Assembly (NCBI GenBank): GCA_020058085.1
Contig: JAGVER010000014.1
Span: 33,747 to 97,746, forward strand
DNA: 64,000 bases
Direction: 5' to 3'
Source of the DNA: Candidatus Omnitrophota bacterium
GTDB taxonomy: Bacteria > Omnitrophota > Gorgyraeia > Gygaellales > Profunditerraquicolaceae
The position numbers were made by a program, and so were the translations under genes. Under the pieces are notes generated by a model, which worked only from the letters and a program-made list of their open reading frames with translations, was not told where the DNA came from and ran no database searches. The stretch's first letter is position 1, and the number at the start of each line of letters is the position of its first letter. Positions 40,887 through 53,973 of the stretch are shown here, in pieces.

Positions 40887-41710
40887 TCTACATTCTGCAC
40901 CTGCTCTCGGATCTTTTCGATTAAACTCTTAATCTTAAGGACCTGGGCAGATACCGCCACATCAAATGTTTTAGCTGCCAACGTATTGGCCTCGCGCTGC
41001 ATCTCTTGAGCTATAAAATCGAGTTCTTTACCCACTGAACCGCTTGCAATAATTTTACTCTTAAGATTATTAATATGAAAACTAAGCCTATCTATCTCTT
41101 CTGTCGTATCCGTGTCTTTTAAAAATACTGCACGCTCTTCATCAGTAGCAAAGGCCTTAAGCCTTGCCTTAAGTGATTTTTTTAATATTTCTTTTATGCC
41201 GGACAGCCTCTTCTTAAGCTCTTCAGCCTGTTTTTTTAAATACCCCTGTAAAGCACTACCCTCTTTTATGCGCGCCTGAGTTAAATTATTTACAGCGATA
41301 TTTAAAGCGGTCTTTAATTTCGACCAGAGGCTCTCGGGAGAGACTCGTTTCTCTCCCAAAGTTAATACCCCGGGTAAATTTATCAAAGTACTTAATTCTA
41401 AATTATCTTTAAGTTTAAATTCCTCTTTGATACCATTTATTTTCTCTATATATTTTTTAAGGAGCGTTTTATTTATACAGGCATCCCCTGCTTGTTTACC
41501 GCTTAAATTTACTCCGCATGTTACTCTTCCTCTTTTAATCTTCAACTCAATAATTTTCTTCATCCTCTCTTCGAGAGAAAGCGATCCGTCGGGTAAATGC
41601 AATACTATCTCCAGAAACTTATGATTGGTACTTCTCAACTCTACAGATATCTTACCATACCCTGCAATCTCTATCTCGGAGCTGCCGAAGCCGGTCATAC
41701 TCTTAATCAT
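40883..41710 (-). CDS. yicC: YicC-family protein (TIGR00255)
   Basis: MIKSMTGFG N terminus and a DUF1732-like C terminus. yicC-gmk synteny. Confidence 0.7.
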   Translation of the reverse strand: MIKSMTGFGSSEIEIAGYGKISVELRSTNHKFLEIVLHLPDGSLSLEERMKKIIELKIKRGRVTCGVNLSGKQAGDACINKTLLKKYIEKINGIKEEFKLKDNLELSTLINLPGVLTLGEKRVSPESLWSKLKTALNIAVNNLTQARIKEGSALQGYLKKQAEELKKRLSGIKEILKKSLKARLKAFATDEERAVFLKDTDTTEEIDRLSFHINNLKSKIIASGSVGKELDFIAQEMQREANTLAAKTFDVAVSAQVLKIKSLIEKIREQVQNVE

Positions 41711-41722
41711 GATTTATCCTTT

Positions 41723-42229
41723 TTAAGAAACCCAGATATTGCTTCTTAACTCTTTCTTTACAATTTCTTGCGTAGGGTATAAATCTACAATAATCTCATC
41801 GGGCTGAAACCAGAGCTTAATCTCTCTCTCCGCATCAGGGACATCAGATGATACATGAATGACGTTTTCATAAACTCCGGTTGTAGTTATTCGTCCGTAA
41901 GACCCACGAATAGAGGTAGGATCTGCCTCTTCCGGATTTGTCGCCCCGGCTAATTCACGGCACTTCTTAATCGCATCCTCCCCCCAATAAACCAAGGCCA
42001 TAACTTTTTTGCGATCATGCAATTCACCCTGCAGATATTTAATGATCTCGCCGAAAAAAGGTTTTTCTTTCAGGTGACTATAGTGATTCACAGCTAATTC
42101 CTTAGAGACACGCACCATCTTGGCCGCGACAATTTCAAGCTTGGTCTCGGATAGGCGCGTAAGAATATTTCCGGTTAATGACTTTTTAAGCCCATCAGGC
42201 TTAATCAGAATTAAAACTGCTTGATTCAT
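41723..42229 (-). CDS. ndk: nucleoside diphosphate kinase
   Basis: LILIKPDG plus an active-site His region NVIHVSSD. Confidence 0.7.
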   Translation of the reverse strand: MNQAVLILIKPDGLKKSLTGNILTRLSETKLEIVAAKMVRVSKELAVNHYSHLKEKPFFGEIIKYLQGELHDRKKVMALVYWGEDAIKKCRELAGATNPEEADPTSIRGSYGRITTTGVYENVIHVSSDVPDAEREIKLWFQPDEIIVDLYPTQEIVKKELRSNIWVS

Positions 42230-43080
42230 TACGATTTACCTCCCTTAATTACACCTATGATCCTCTCTAAATCTTCTTGAGAATAAAATTCAATAAGGAT
42301 CTGCCCGCGTTTTTTCATTTTGCTAACCCTGACCTTAGTGGAGAGCAACTGCTGCAGGTCTTCTTCAACTGCTGCCACATATGGCTCACGAACCGCGTAC
42401 GAACTTTTACGCCTTATACCTTTAGGGCGATGTGTTTTAATTAAATTCTCCAGCTCTCTTACCGACAAACCCCTGGATATTACTTCTTGAGTCAACCTGC
42501 GCTGCTGGTTTTCATCCTCTATCTCCAATAATGCCCGACCATGCGCGAATGATATACGGCCTTTTTTCATCTCATCTTGAATCTCATGCGGAAGCTTCAG
42601 TAATCTTAAGGTATTAGCGATAGTAGCGCGAGCCTTACCTAAACCCTCGCCAATCTTTTCCTGGGTTACCTGAAACTTATCCATAAGATGCTGGTAAGCA
42701 TGTGCCTCTTCAATAGGATTCAAGCTCTCTCTTTGTATATTCTCTATCAATGCGTATTCTAGTGAATCGCGATCATCAACATCTTTAACTATTATTGGTA
42801 TCTCCTTGAGCTCCAATGATTTACATGCACGCAACCTTCTTTCTCCGGCTATTAATTCATAAGAATCACCTTTGCGTCTCACCAGAAGCGGCTGAATCAC
42901 CCCTTTTTCTTTTATTGATTGAGCAAGTTCTGCAATTGTACTCAAATCAAAATCTTCCCGCGGCTGAAAAGGATTTGGCTTGATTTGTCCAGTCTGGACA
43001 TAAATAATCGCGCTTTTATCAACATTCTCCCTCTCCGGTATTAAGGCGCCAATACCTTTCCCCAAGGCTTTTCTTTCCAT
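42229..43080 (-). CDS. parB: chromosome partitioning protein ParB
   Basis: ParB box GERRLRA and a helix-turn-helix. Start trimmed to MERKALGKG (ATG at 43080); the upstream MCYCTRRRSL is repeat read-through. Confidence 0.85.
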   Translation of the reverse strand: MERKALGKGIGALIPERENVDKSAIIYVQTGQIKPNPFQPREDFDLSTIAELAQSIKEKGVIQPLLVRRKGDSYELIAGERRLRACKSLELKEIPIIVKDVDDRDSLEYALIENIQRESLNPIEEAHAYQHLMDKFQVTQEKIGEGLGKARATIANTLRLLKLPHEIQDEMKKGRISFAHGRALLEIEDENQQRRLTQEVISRGLSVRELENLIKTHRPKGIRRKSSYAVREPYVAAVEEDLQQLLSTKVRVSKMKKRGQILIEFYSQEDLERIIGVIKGGKS

Positions 43081-43087
43081 CAAGCTT

Positions 43088-43137
43088 CTCCTCCTTGTGC
43101 AGTAGCACACACCGGACTCTCAATTAAGTCCGGGTGT
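43088..43137. repeat. structured intergenic repeat, family 2 copy b (parA-parB spacer)
   Basis: ctccttgtgcagtagcacacaccggactctcaattaagtccgggtgtt. In mRNA sense it forms a hairpin ending at the parB ribosome-binding site. Confidence 0.75.
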
Positions 43138-43919
43138 TATTTAACTATAGCATCTTTTAGCGGCAGACCTAAAATCTCCCGACAGAGTTCCTCATATTTT
43201 TGAGCGCCAAGAGAATCTTTATCATACAAATAAATCGGCTTACCAAAGCTCGGAGCTTCGGTAAGACGAATATTACGTGGAATTACCGTCTGATAAACCT
43301 TATCCTTAAAATGATTCCTGGCTTCTTGAATTACTTCTCTAGTAAGATTAGTCCTGTAATCTGCCATAGTCAATAGAACTCCCTCGATTGTTAAGTTTTG
43401 ATTAATATTATCTTTCACAAGTCTAATTGTATTATTAAGTTGCGTTAATCCTTCTAAGGCGTAATATTCGCACTGTACCGGCACAATAACTGAATCTGCC
43501 GCACATAAACCATTGATAGTTAAAAGCCCTAATGACGGAGGGGAATCAACAATGATAAAATCAAATTCTATTTTTATTTTTTCCAGGGCCCTTTTTAATC
43601 TATATTCCCTACCTAGCGATCCAACTAATTCTACTTCTGCTCCAGTTAAATCTAAATTAGATGGTGCAAGGACCAGGTTTGGTATTGCAGTAGGTTGAAG
43701 CACATCTCGGATATCTATTTCTTCCAAAAGTACATGATAAGTGCTTTTTTTGATGTCATGCTTATTCGCACCTATACCGCTAGTTGCGTTCGCTTGAGGA
43801 TCTAAATCTACAAGCATAACTTTCTTACCGGCAACAGCAAGGAATACAGCAATATTAATTGCTGATGTAGTTTTACCTACTCCACCCTTCTGATTACAGA
43901 TTGTAATTATCTTACCCAT
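43137..43919 (-). CDS. parA: chromosome partitioning ATPase ParA/Soj
   Basis: KGGVGKTT deviant Walker A. 260 aa. Confidence 0.85.
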   Translation of the reverse strand: MGKIITICNQKGGVGKTTSAINIAVFLAVAGKKVMLVDLDPQANATSGIGANKHDIKKSTYHVLLEEIDIRDVLQPTAIPNLVLAPSNLDLTGAEVELVGSLGREYRLKRALEKIKIEFDFIIVDSPPSLGLLTINGLCAADSVIVPVQCEYYALEGLTQLNNTIRLVKDNINQNLTIEGVLLTMADYRTNLTREVIQEARNHFKDKVYQTVIPRNIRLTEAPSFGKPIYLYDKDSLGAQKYEELCREILGLPLKDAIVK

Positions 43920-44012
43920 TGCAATTCATATAGTTACAATTTGTGTCCCGCGGAACATTCCTTAATTTGCTACCTCTATTATCTAAAAATTCTAGAGGTT
44001 GTCAAGTGTTTT

Positions 44013-44072
44013 TTCTTGATTTCACTTACGTTCAATCAAGAATTTCGCTAGACAAAACTTATGGTGCTCAAC
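44013..44072 (+). repeat. hairpin-plus-tail repeat, family 3 copy A
   Basis: cttgatt-TCACTTACGTT-caatcaag hairpin followed by aATTTCGCTAGACAAAACTTATGGTGCTCAA. Confidence 0.75.
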
Positions 44073-44086
44073 TTTTAGGAGCATTT

Positions 44087-44281
44087 TTACCTTATCTCCC
44101 TTATAATAGTAACGCGTACCTTAGCTAACTTAGTTCCAGGCATACCAAAAAGGCCCTTTGCTTCTTCAGAGATAATCTCTACTCTAACTTTCTTGCGTGG
44201 AAGCTGTAATTGTTGCAGGGCTTTTTTAATAGCTTCTTCCACCGTATTCCCTTCTATCTCAATAGCCTTATCTTCCTTCAT
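44087..44281 (-). CDS. Jag N-terminal-domain protein (truncated Jag/SpoIIIJ-associated protein)
   Basis: 64 aa with IEIEGNTVEEAIKKALQQL...RVEIISEEAKGLFG, matching the Jag_N domain. Follows yidC with a 4-nt overlap. No KH or R3H domains. Confidence 0.5.
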   Translation of the reverse strand: MKEDKAIEIEGNTVEEAIKKALQQLQLPRKKVRVEIISEEAKGLFGMPGTKLAKVRVTIIREIR

Positions 44282-45819
44282 TTTGCCCTATTCATGCGCA
44301 GTTGAAATGCTAACATAAGCATACTATTTACAAACCAATACAAAACTAATCCAGATGGCATGCGATAAAATATTAAACCAAACATAACCGGCATAACAAT
44401 AAGCATTATCTTTTGCTGTTCAGCAGAAGCGCCGCTAGCAGATGCCGAGGAGATCTTCTGCTGCACAAACATACCTATTGCCATAATAATGGGTAATATA
44501 TTTAAATCGCTCCCCAATATTGGCAATGATTTAGGTAGTATTATTAGACGATCTGGCTCAGAGAGATCCTTAATCCAAAGAAATCTCGCTCCTTTTAAAA
44601 CAATGGAGCGCATAAGTGCATTATAAAGAGCAAAGAATATAGGCATCTGTAGCAACAACGGCAAACAGCCACCTAAAGGATTAACCTTATGCTCTTTATA
44701 TAACCCCATTATCTCTTTGTTCATTCTTTGCGGATTATCTTTATAAATCTTGCGTAATTCTTCAACTTTAGGTTGCAAAACCTGCATTTCTTTCATTGAA
44801 CGCATCTGCTTTATGGATAGCGGGTATAACATTAAATATACTAATATACTTAATAAAACAATTGCCAAACCCCAGTTATGAACTATCTTATAGAGAAAAC
44901 CTAAGGCTTGCAAAAGTACTTGTGAAATAATATCAAATGTGCCATAATGAACTAGTGCGGACCATGCTGGATTGATACTATTAAGAATACCCACATCTTG
45001 CGGGCCTATGTAAATACGGTACGAATGTCCAATCTGACCGCCAGTTGGAACATTTTCTGTTTGGACATTTAATCCAATCTCGGATTCCTGTTTATTTAAT
45101 GTATTTACAAAACCACTAGCATTTTCTACATCTGGCTCAATAATAGCAGCGAAATATTGATCTCTTACTCCTAAAAATTTAACCCCGCTCAACTGCGTAT
45201 TCTTCTGTATACCTATGTGCGTAGTCTTATCCTGCATTGCTAAAGTTAAATCTTGATACCGCGCTTGAGAATTCTTGGATGAAAAATCCATAATTCCTAA
45301 TAATAGGGGTACTTCTAACTTAAGTGGAGAGGATGATAAATTTTGTATATTTATCTCTAAGCTCATGGTGTAATTAGAGTTATGAAACTTAAATCTTTTA
45401 GTTACCCTTTTATCAGCATTAACCGCAATAAAACTAATACTATCTTGGCTAATCTGACTCTTTTTAAAAACTAATGTTGGGTCATTTAATAGTAGTCCAT
45501 ATTTCAACGGCAGGGAATGGTTGCCGTAGTTCTTAAAAGTCACCTCTTTAAGCGCTGCGAGGTTCTCATAAAAAGTGACCATTAAGTTGCTCTGTTCGAA
45601 CTTAACAAGGCTCTCAGTTTCTGGTTTAGTTGATTGAATTACGCTAGCTGAAAGCGTTGTATTTTGCTTATTTAGTAATGGCTCTTTAGTTGTAACATCT
45701 TGCACGCCAACATTTTGCTGCTTTGGCATGATAAAGGACCAAATTAACAAAACCGCCAAAGATAATGCTATTGCCAAAACCATACGTTTTTCCATATTAA
45801 TCCAGGGGATCATAACCAT
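44278..45819 (-). CDS. yidC: membrane protein insertase YidC
   Basis: 513 aa with a large periplasmic domain and a conserved C-terminal 5-TM core. Confidence 0.85.
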   Translation of the reverse strand: MVMIPWINMEKRMVLAIALSLAVLLIWSFIMPKQQNVGVQDVTTKEPLLNKQNTTLSASVIQSTKPETESLVKFEQSNLMVTFYENLAALKEVTFKNYGNHSLPLKYGLLLNDPTLVFKKSQISQDSISFIAVNADKRVTKRFKFHNSNYTMSLEINIQNLSSSPLKLEVPLLLGIMDFSSKNSQARYQDLTLAMQDKTTHIGIQKNTQLSGVKFLGVRDQYFAAIIEPDVENASGFVNTLNKQESEIGLNVQTENVPTGGQIGHSYRIYIGPQDVGILNSINPAWSALVHYGTFDIISQVLLQALGFLYKIVHNWGLAIVLLSILVYLMLYPLSIKQMRSMKEMQVLQPKVEELRKIYKDNPQRMNKEIMGLYKEHKVNPLGGCLPLLLQMPIFFALYNALMRSIVLKGARFLWIKDLSEPDRLIILPKSLPILGSDLNILPIIMAIGMFVQQKISSASASGASAEQQKIMLIVMPVMFGLIFYRMPSGLVLYWFVNSMLMLAFQLRMNRAK

Positions 45820-46012
45820 ACTTGCCGGAAAATGGTTGGCAAGAAGATATTCTCCTGACTCCTTTTGCTGATCCTTTTAAGAATCCATATTTTACAATAG
45901 CCAGTTTCGTATATTCGGAACAACTAGGAATAAAACGACAAGACTGGGGTAATACCCTTCTAAGAGAGACCTGATAAACTTTAATTAAAAATAAGGCTGC
46001 ACGCTTAAGCAT
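45797..46012 (-). CDS. yidD: membrane protein insertion efficiency factor YidD
   Basis: CRFIPSCSEYT...SCQPFSGKYGYDP motif. Confidence 0.8.
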   Translation of the reverse strand: MLKRAALFLIKVYQVSLRRVLPQSCRFIPSCSEYTKLAIVKYGFLKGSAKGVRRISSCQPFSGKYGYDPLD

Positions 46013-46149
46013 TACCTACAGAGTTTTTTTCTGCCCTTTTGCCGGCGTCGAGCCAATAGTTTGCGGCCATTGCGGGTAGCCATTTTGCTGCGGAATCCAA
46101 GCTTTCTCTTTCCGACGATATTTGTCGGTGTTTTCAAATTCTTTTTCAT
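46012..46149 (-). CDS. rpmH: 50S ribosomal protein L34
   Basis: Translates MKKNLKTPTNIVGKRKLGFRSKMATRNGRKLLARRRQKGRKKLCR. Not in the ORF track because it is under 60 aa. Its stop overlaps the yidD ATG by 1 nt. Confidence 0.8.
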   Translation of the reverse strand: MKKNLKTPTNIVGKRKLGFRSKMATRNGRKLLARRRQKGRKKLCR

Positions 46150-46267
46150 CTCTTTTGACTCCTACTGTATTGTATTAATAAGAATTGTGGTTAATTATAA
46201 CATAAAAGCATGCCTCGTCAATGGCTAATTTTTATTCATCCCTGCGTTATGCACAAATAGACGATAA

Positions 46268-46276
46268 TTATCCACA
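46268..46276 (+). promoter_or_regulatory. DnaA box (perfect TTATCCACA)
   Basis: Exact 9-mer consensus in the rpmH-dnaA intergenic region. Confidence 0.6.
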
Positions 46277-46311
46277 GTCCCGTCGAAAAACGGATACAAT
46301 CTCAATGGGTT

Positions 46312-46370
46312 TCCTTGGCCTCACTTACGTTCGGCCAAGGATTTCCCTAGATAAAAACTTTAGAGCTCAA
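46312..46370 (+). repeat. hairpin-plus-tail repeat, family 3 copy B
   Basis: ccttggcc-TCACTTACGTT-cggccaagg hairpin followed by aTTTCCCTAGATAAAAACTTTAGAGCTCAA. It ends 7 nt before the dnaA -35 element. Confidence 0.75.
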
Positions 46371-46377
46371 TTTTTTA

Positions 46378-46405
46378 TTGACGCCCGGAAATATTATTGT
46401 ATAAT
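46378..46405 (+). promoter_or_regulatory. sigma70-type promoter for dnaA (TTGACG-N16-TGtTATAAT)
   Basis: -35 TTGACG at 46378..46383, extended -10 TG+TATAAT at 46398..46405 and a 16-nt spacer, about 200 nt upstream of the dnaA ATG. Confidence 0.55.
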
Positions 46406-46552
46406 AACTGACGTTTAACTTTTTTGCTTGCAACTGTTTTTGTTTCTGTTATAATTATTCTACGCTTCTGGATTTTTAATCATATTTTCCCCAATGGCTT
46501 TTTTATTTGGGTGCTAAACAATATTCAAATCCTGCTTTAACGAAAGAAATTA

Positions 46553-46595
46553 TTGTCCACAGATTTATTCAAGTTGTGGATAAACTGTTGATAAG
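46553..46595. promoter_or_regulatory. DnaA box cluster immediately upstream of dnaA (candidate oriC / autoregulatory boxes)
   Basis: TTGTCCACA (+) at 46553..46561, TTATCCACAA on the minus strand at 46574..46583, and TTATCAACA on the minus strand at 46587..46595. Confidence 0.55.
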
Positions 46596-46601
46596 AGAGA
46601 A

Positions 46602-47939
46602 ATGGACGACGTGAGCTTAATTTGGGACCAAGCACGAAGATACTTAAAAGAACATCTTGGCGTATCGACATTTGAAACTTGGATTGCCCCGTTAATCATA
46701 AAAGCTAAAGACCAAAACAGTATTATACTCGAGGCCCCAGATGCTTTTTTCAGGGATTGGATTAAAAAAAATTACAGCGCAGCTATAGAAGCTGCGGTCA
46801 AATCCGCGAGCCTCTCCCAAATAAATATAGAAATTGGGGTAGGGGCGCAATCCGAAAGCATAGCAGATAAAAAAGAAGCGAAGAGCCCGTATACAATAGA
46901 GAGTCGTGGCCAACAGAGTCTAAAACTAAACAGTCGTTATACTTTTGAGAATTTTGTAATTGGCTCTTCCAACCGGCATGCCCATGCTTATTCTGTTGCT
47001 GTAGCAGAATCGCCCGCGAAGACCTATAATCCTTTATTTATTTACGGAGGTGTTGGGTTAGGAAAAACCCACTTAATTCAAGCCATATGCCATAAAGTTC
47101 AGGCCAATTCTAACGGAACCCTAAGAATCACCTATCTGCCTTCAGAGCAATTTACTAACGAACTAATTAGTTCCATCCAGCATCATTCTACAGCTGCTTT
47201 TAGGCAAAAATATAGAAATACCGACGTTCTGGTAATAGATGATGTCCATTTCTTCGGCGGCAAAGATTCAACTCAAGAAGAATTTTTCAACACTTTTAAC
47301 GCCCTTTATGACGCGCATAAACAAATAATCTTATCCTCTGACAGGCCACCCAAGGATATAGCAGACCTTCAAGAGAGATTGATTTCGCGCTTTGGTTGGG
47401 GCCTAACTACTGATATACAACCCCCGGATCTTGAAACACGCATCGCCATATTAAAAAAGAAGATCGAAAGAGAACCTGTTGCCGTCCCGGATGATGTAAT
47501 ATTTTTTATCGCCCAACTCATCAGAACCAACATCCGGGAATTAGAAGGCGCATTAGTCAGAACCATGGCTTACTCATTAATGGAAGAGAAACCTATTACT
47601 ATAGACTTAGCTAAAGAAGTTTTAAGAGACCTCTTAAAAGAACCCAAAAAACTTATTACTATAGATTTTATTCAAAGATGTGTAGCAGAAGAATTTGGGA
47701 TCTCCTTGGGGGATATGAAAGCCCGCCGACGCAATAAAACAATAGTGCTACCAAGACAAGTAGCCATGTATTTAAGTAGAGACTTAACTGATTTATCCCT
47801 ACCTGAGATAGGGCAGTTTTTCGGTGGCAAAGACCACACAACAGTTTTACATTCGTATAATAAAATTAAAGAAGCAATCAAGGCAGGCTCTTCGTTGACC
47901 GAAAAGATAGAAAAAATCACGCAAGTCATTAAACAGTAA
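46602..47939 (+). CDS. dnaA: chromosomal replication initiator protein DnaA
   Basis: AAA+ Walker A GGVGLGKTHL, sensor motifs and a C-terminal DNA-binding domain (box-binding helix). 445 aa. Confidence 0.9.
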   Translation: MDDVSLIWDQARRYLKEHLGVSTFETWIAPLIIKAKDQNSIILEAPDAFFRDWIKKNYSAAIEAAVKSASLSQINIEIGVGAQSESIADKKEAKSPYTIESRGQQSLKLNSRYTFENFVIGSSNRHAHAYSVAVAESPAKTYNPLFIYGGVGLGKTHLIQAICHKVQANSNGTLRITYLPSEQFTNELISSIQHHSTAAFRQKYRNTDVLVIDDVHFFGGKDSTQEEFFNTFNALYDAHKQIILSSDRPPKDIADLQERLISRFGWGLTTDIQPPDLETRIAILKKKIEREPVAVPDDVIFFIAQLIRTNIRELEGALVRTMAYSLMEEKPITIDLAKEVLRDLLKEPKKLITIDFIQRCVAEEFGISLGDMKARRRNKTIVLPRQVAMYLSRDLTDLSLPEIGQFFGGKDHTTVLHSYNKIKEAIKAGSSLTEKIEKITQVIKQ

Positions 47940-48076
47940 TTAAGAGGGTTATCCAAGCTTGTTTTTTGTGTTAACTATAACTCAGGCAAGATATTGTGTG
48001 GTTTTCAACAGAAACACAAACCATTATTACTAATACTGTTTTAATATATTAAATAATAAATAGTAAGGAGCGTAAA
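47940..48076. other. AT-rich dnaA-dnaN spacer, alternative candidate DNA-unwinding element
   Basis: A degenerate box TTATCCAAG at 47949..47957 and a strongly AT-rich run at 48030..48064. Confidence 0.3.
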
Positions 48077-49168
48077 ATGAAGTTTAAGGTAGAAAAAAAC
48101 ATATTGATAAGCGGTATTCAAACCGTACAAAACGTTATTATTACCAAGAGTAGTTTACCCATATTGTCGAACATTTTAATAGAAACACAAGAAGATGGAT
48201 TACGTTTGACTGCCACCGATTTAGATATTGGTATAACCTGTTTAATACCTGTTAATATCCAAGAGGCGGGAGCGGTTACTGTACCAGCTAAAAGGTTTAG
48301 TGATATTATTAAGGAATTGCCCGGGAGTAGTATTAGTGTAACCACTAAAAAAAACAATCAGGTGAACATTGAAACAGATTTATGTCAATTTAAGATTATG
48401 GGTTTGGCTCGTGAAGAGTTCCCCAAGCTCCCAGAGTTTAAGGATAAAGAGGTATTTAAGTTAGAGCAGTCGGTTTTAAAAGAAATGCTCAACCTTACAT
48501 CATTTTCTGTTTCTATTGATGAAACGCGATATATTTTAAATGGGATACTGTTTAAGGTTAATAAAAATGGGCTTATTTTAGTAGCCACCGATGGTAAAAG
48601 GTTGGCGGTTGTGGAGAAAAAGCTGAATTACAGTGTAAGCCAAGAGATAAGCATTATTATTCCTATTAAAACTATCCATGAATTAAATCGTAATCTGAAA
48701 GAAGAGGGAGAGCTCTCTATTGTTTTGGGAAGTAATCAAGCGTTGTTTGATTTGGGTGGTGTTGTAATAATATCGCGGCTGATCGAAGGCGAATTTCCGG
48801 ATTATAAACAAGTTATTCCGCCAACAACAGAAAATAAATTGCGCGTGAGAAGGGAAGATCTTTTGTTGGCTGTAAAAAGAGCCGCATTGTTGTCTACTCC
48901 CGATTATCAGGCAGTTAAGTTAGAGATATTTAAGAATAAGCTTGTGGTCTCAAAGTCTACCCCGGACGTAGGAGAGTCTCGCGAGGAATTGGTGGTTGCG
49001 TACCAAGGTAAAGAATTAGCCATAGGTTTTAACCCAAACTATTTAATAGATGTTTTAAAAAATCTCGGAGAAGAGTCTATAGATATAGAACTAAGCGATA
49101 GCGAAAAACCCGGAGTTATCCGTATCGACGGTTATACATATATCGTATTACCTATGCGCATAGGTTAA
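48077..49168 (+). CDS. dnaN: DNA polymerase III beta sliding clamp
   Basis: 363 aa, three-domain clamp, immediately downstream of dnaA. Confidence 0.9.
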   Translation: MKFKVEKNILISGIQTVQNVIITKSSLPILSNILIETQEDGLRLTATDLDIGITCLIPVNIQEAGAVTVPAKRFSDIIKELPGSSISVTTKKNNQVNIETDLCQFKIMGLAREEFPKLPEFKDKEVFKLEQSVLKEMLNLTSFSVSIDETRYILNGILFKVNKNGLILVATDGKRLAVVEKKLNYSVSQEISIIIPIKTIHELNRNLKEEGELSIVLGSNQALFDLGGVVIISRLIEGEFPDYKQVIPPTTENKLRVRREDLLLAVKRAALLSTPDYQAVKLEIFKNKLVVSKSTPDVGESREELVVAYQGKELAIGFNPNYLIDVLKNLGEESIDIELSDSEKPGVIRIDGYTYIVLPMRIG

Positions 49169-49172
49169 AAAG

Positions 49173-53179
<4,007 letters not shown>

Positions 53180-53186
53180 ATATTAA

Positions 53187-53969
53187 ATGGAGGCCATTAT
53201 GCATCCTTGGGAAATTTTTGTTGAAGGTTTAAAGAATTGGCGGGTCAATTGGCCAAAGCTCGCAGGGATATATTTATTAATTTATATACCTCTTACTCTC
53301 TGGGATCTGCTTTGGAGTTCAAAAGGCGCGCAGCCGATCTTGGCTCAACTTGCGAGTGGCCTTATGCGTTGGGCACTCGACGCTTTCGTGATGGCAAGTT
53401 TAATTTTGTCGGTAAAAGAGCAATTAAATGCGATAGCAAGTAAGGCGATGGCTACAATGAAAGCAGCAACTAAATATTTATGGCGCTATATGTTAACTAC
53501 TTTATTGTATGGCATTATTGCCATGGGTATTATCTTATTGGCAGTTATGATTATGAGTTTTATGTTTGCTGCTTTTATCAAAATGCCGAATATAACTATT
53601 GCTGCTGTACTGATGCCTACTATCGCTATAATAGCGTGTGTGGTGATAATGGTCTATTGTGTAATTAGATTTTCGCTCTTCGGGGTCATATGTATTATGG
53701 AAGAAGTAGGGCCAGTTAGGTCGCTTAAAGCTAGCCATAGCCTGATAAAAAATAAAGTTTCGCCGGTTGTCGGGGTATTCTTTTTTATTTTATTGCTTTC
53801 CGCGTTATTGTTTATCCCGGGTTACCTCTTGATTCAAGTAATCGGGCCTAATGGCGCAGGTAATATTTTATTAGTTATTTATCAAGTTTTAGTAGGCGCG
53901 GTGGCAGTTCCTATCTGGGCATCCGTTGCGGTTATATTGTATAAAAAATTAAAAGAGGCAGTTAACTAA
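53187..53969 (+). CDS. polytopic integral membrane protein, hypothetical (between gyrB and gyrA)
   Basis: 260 aa with 5-6 hydrophobic helices and no recognisable motif. Confidence 0.4.
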   Translation: MEAIMHPWEIFVEGLKNWRVNWPKLAGIYLLIYIPLTLWDLLWSSKGAQPILAQLASGLMRWALDAFVMASLILSVKEQLNAIASKAMATMKAATKYLWRYMLTTLLYGIIAMGIILLAVMIMSFMFAAFIKMPNITIAAVLMPTIAIIACVVIMVYCVIRFSLFGVICIMEEVGPVRSLKASHSLIKNKVSPVVGVFFFILLLSALLFIPGYLLIQVIGPNGAGNILLVIYQVLVGAVAVPIWASVAVILYKKLKEAVN

Positions 53970-53973
53970 AAAT

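Noticed and set aside
43943-44128. 61-aa plus-strand ORF, with a 65-aa counterpart at 46221..46418, sharing the peptide (L/F)TYV..RISLDK.
   Set aside because: Both are translations of family-3 repeat copies A and B in one frame. No ribosome-binding site is evident, and the sequence is conserved at nucleotide level with structure-preserving substitutions.
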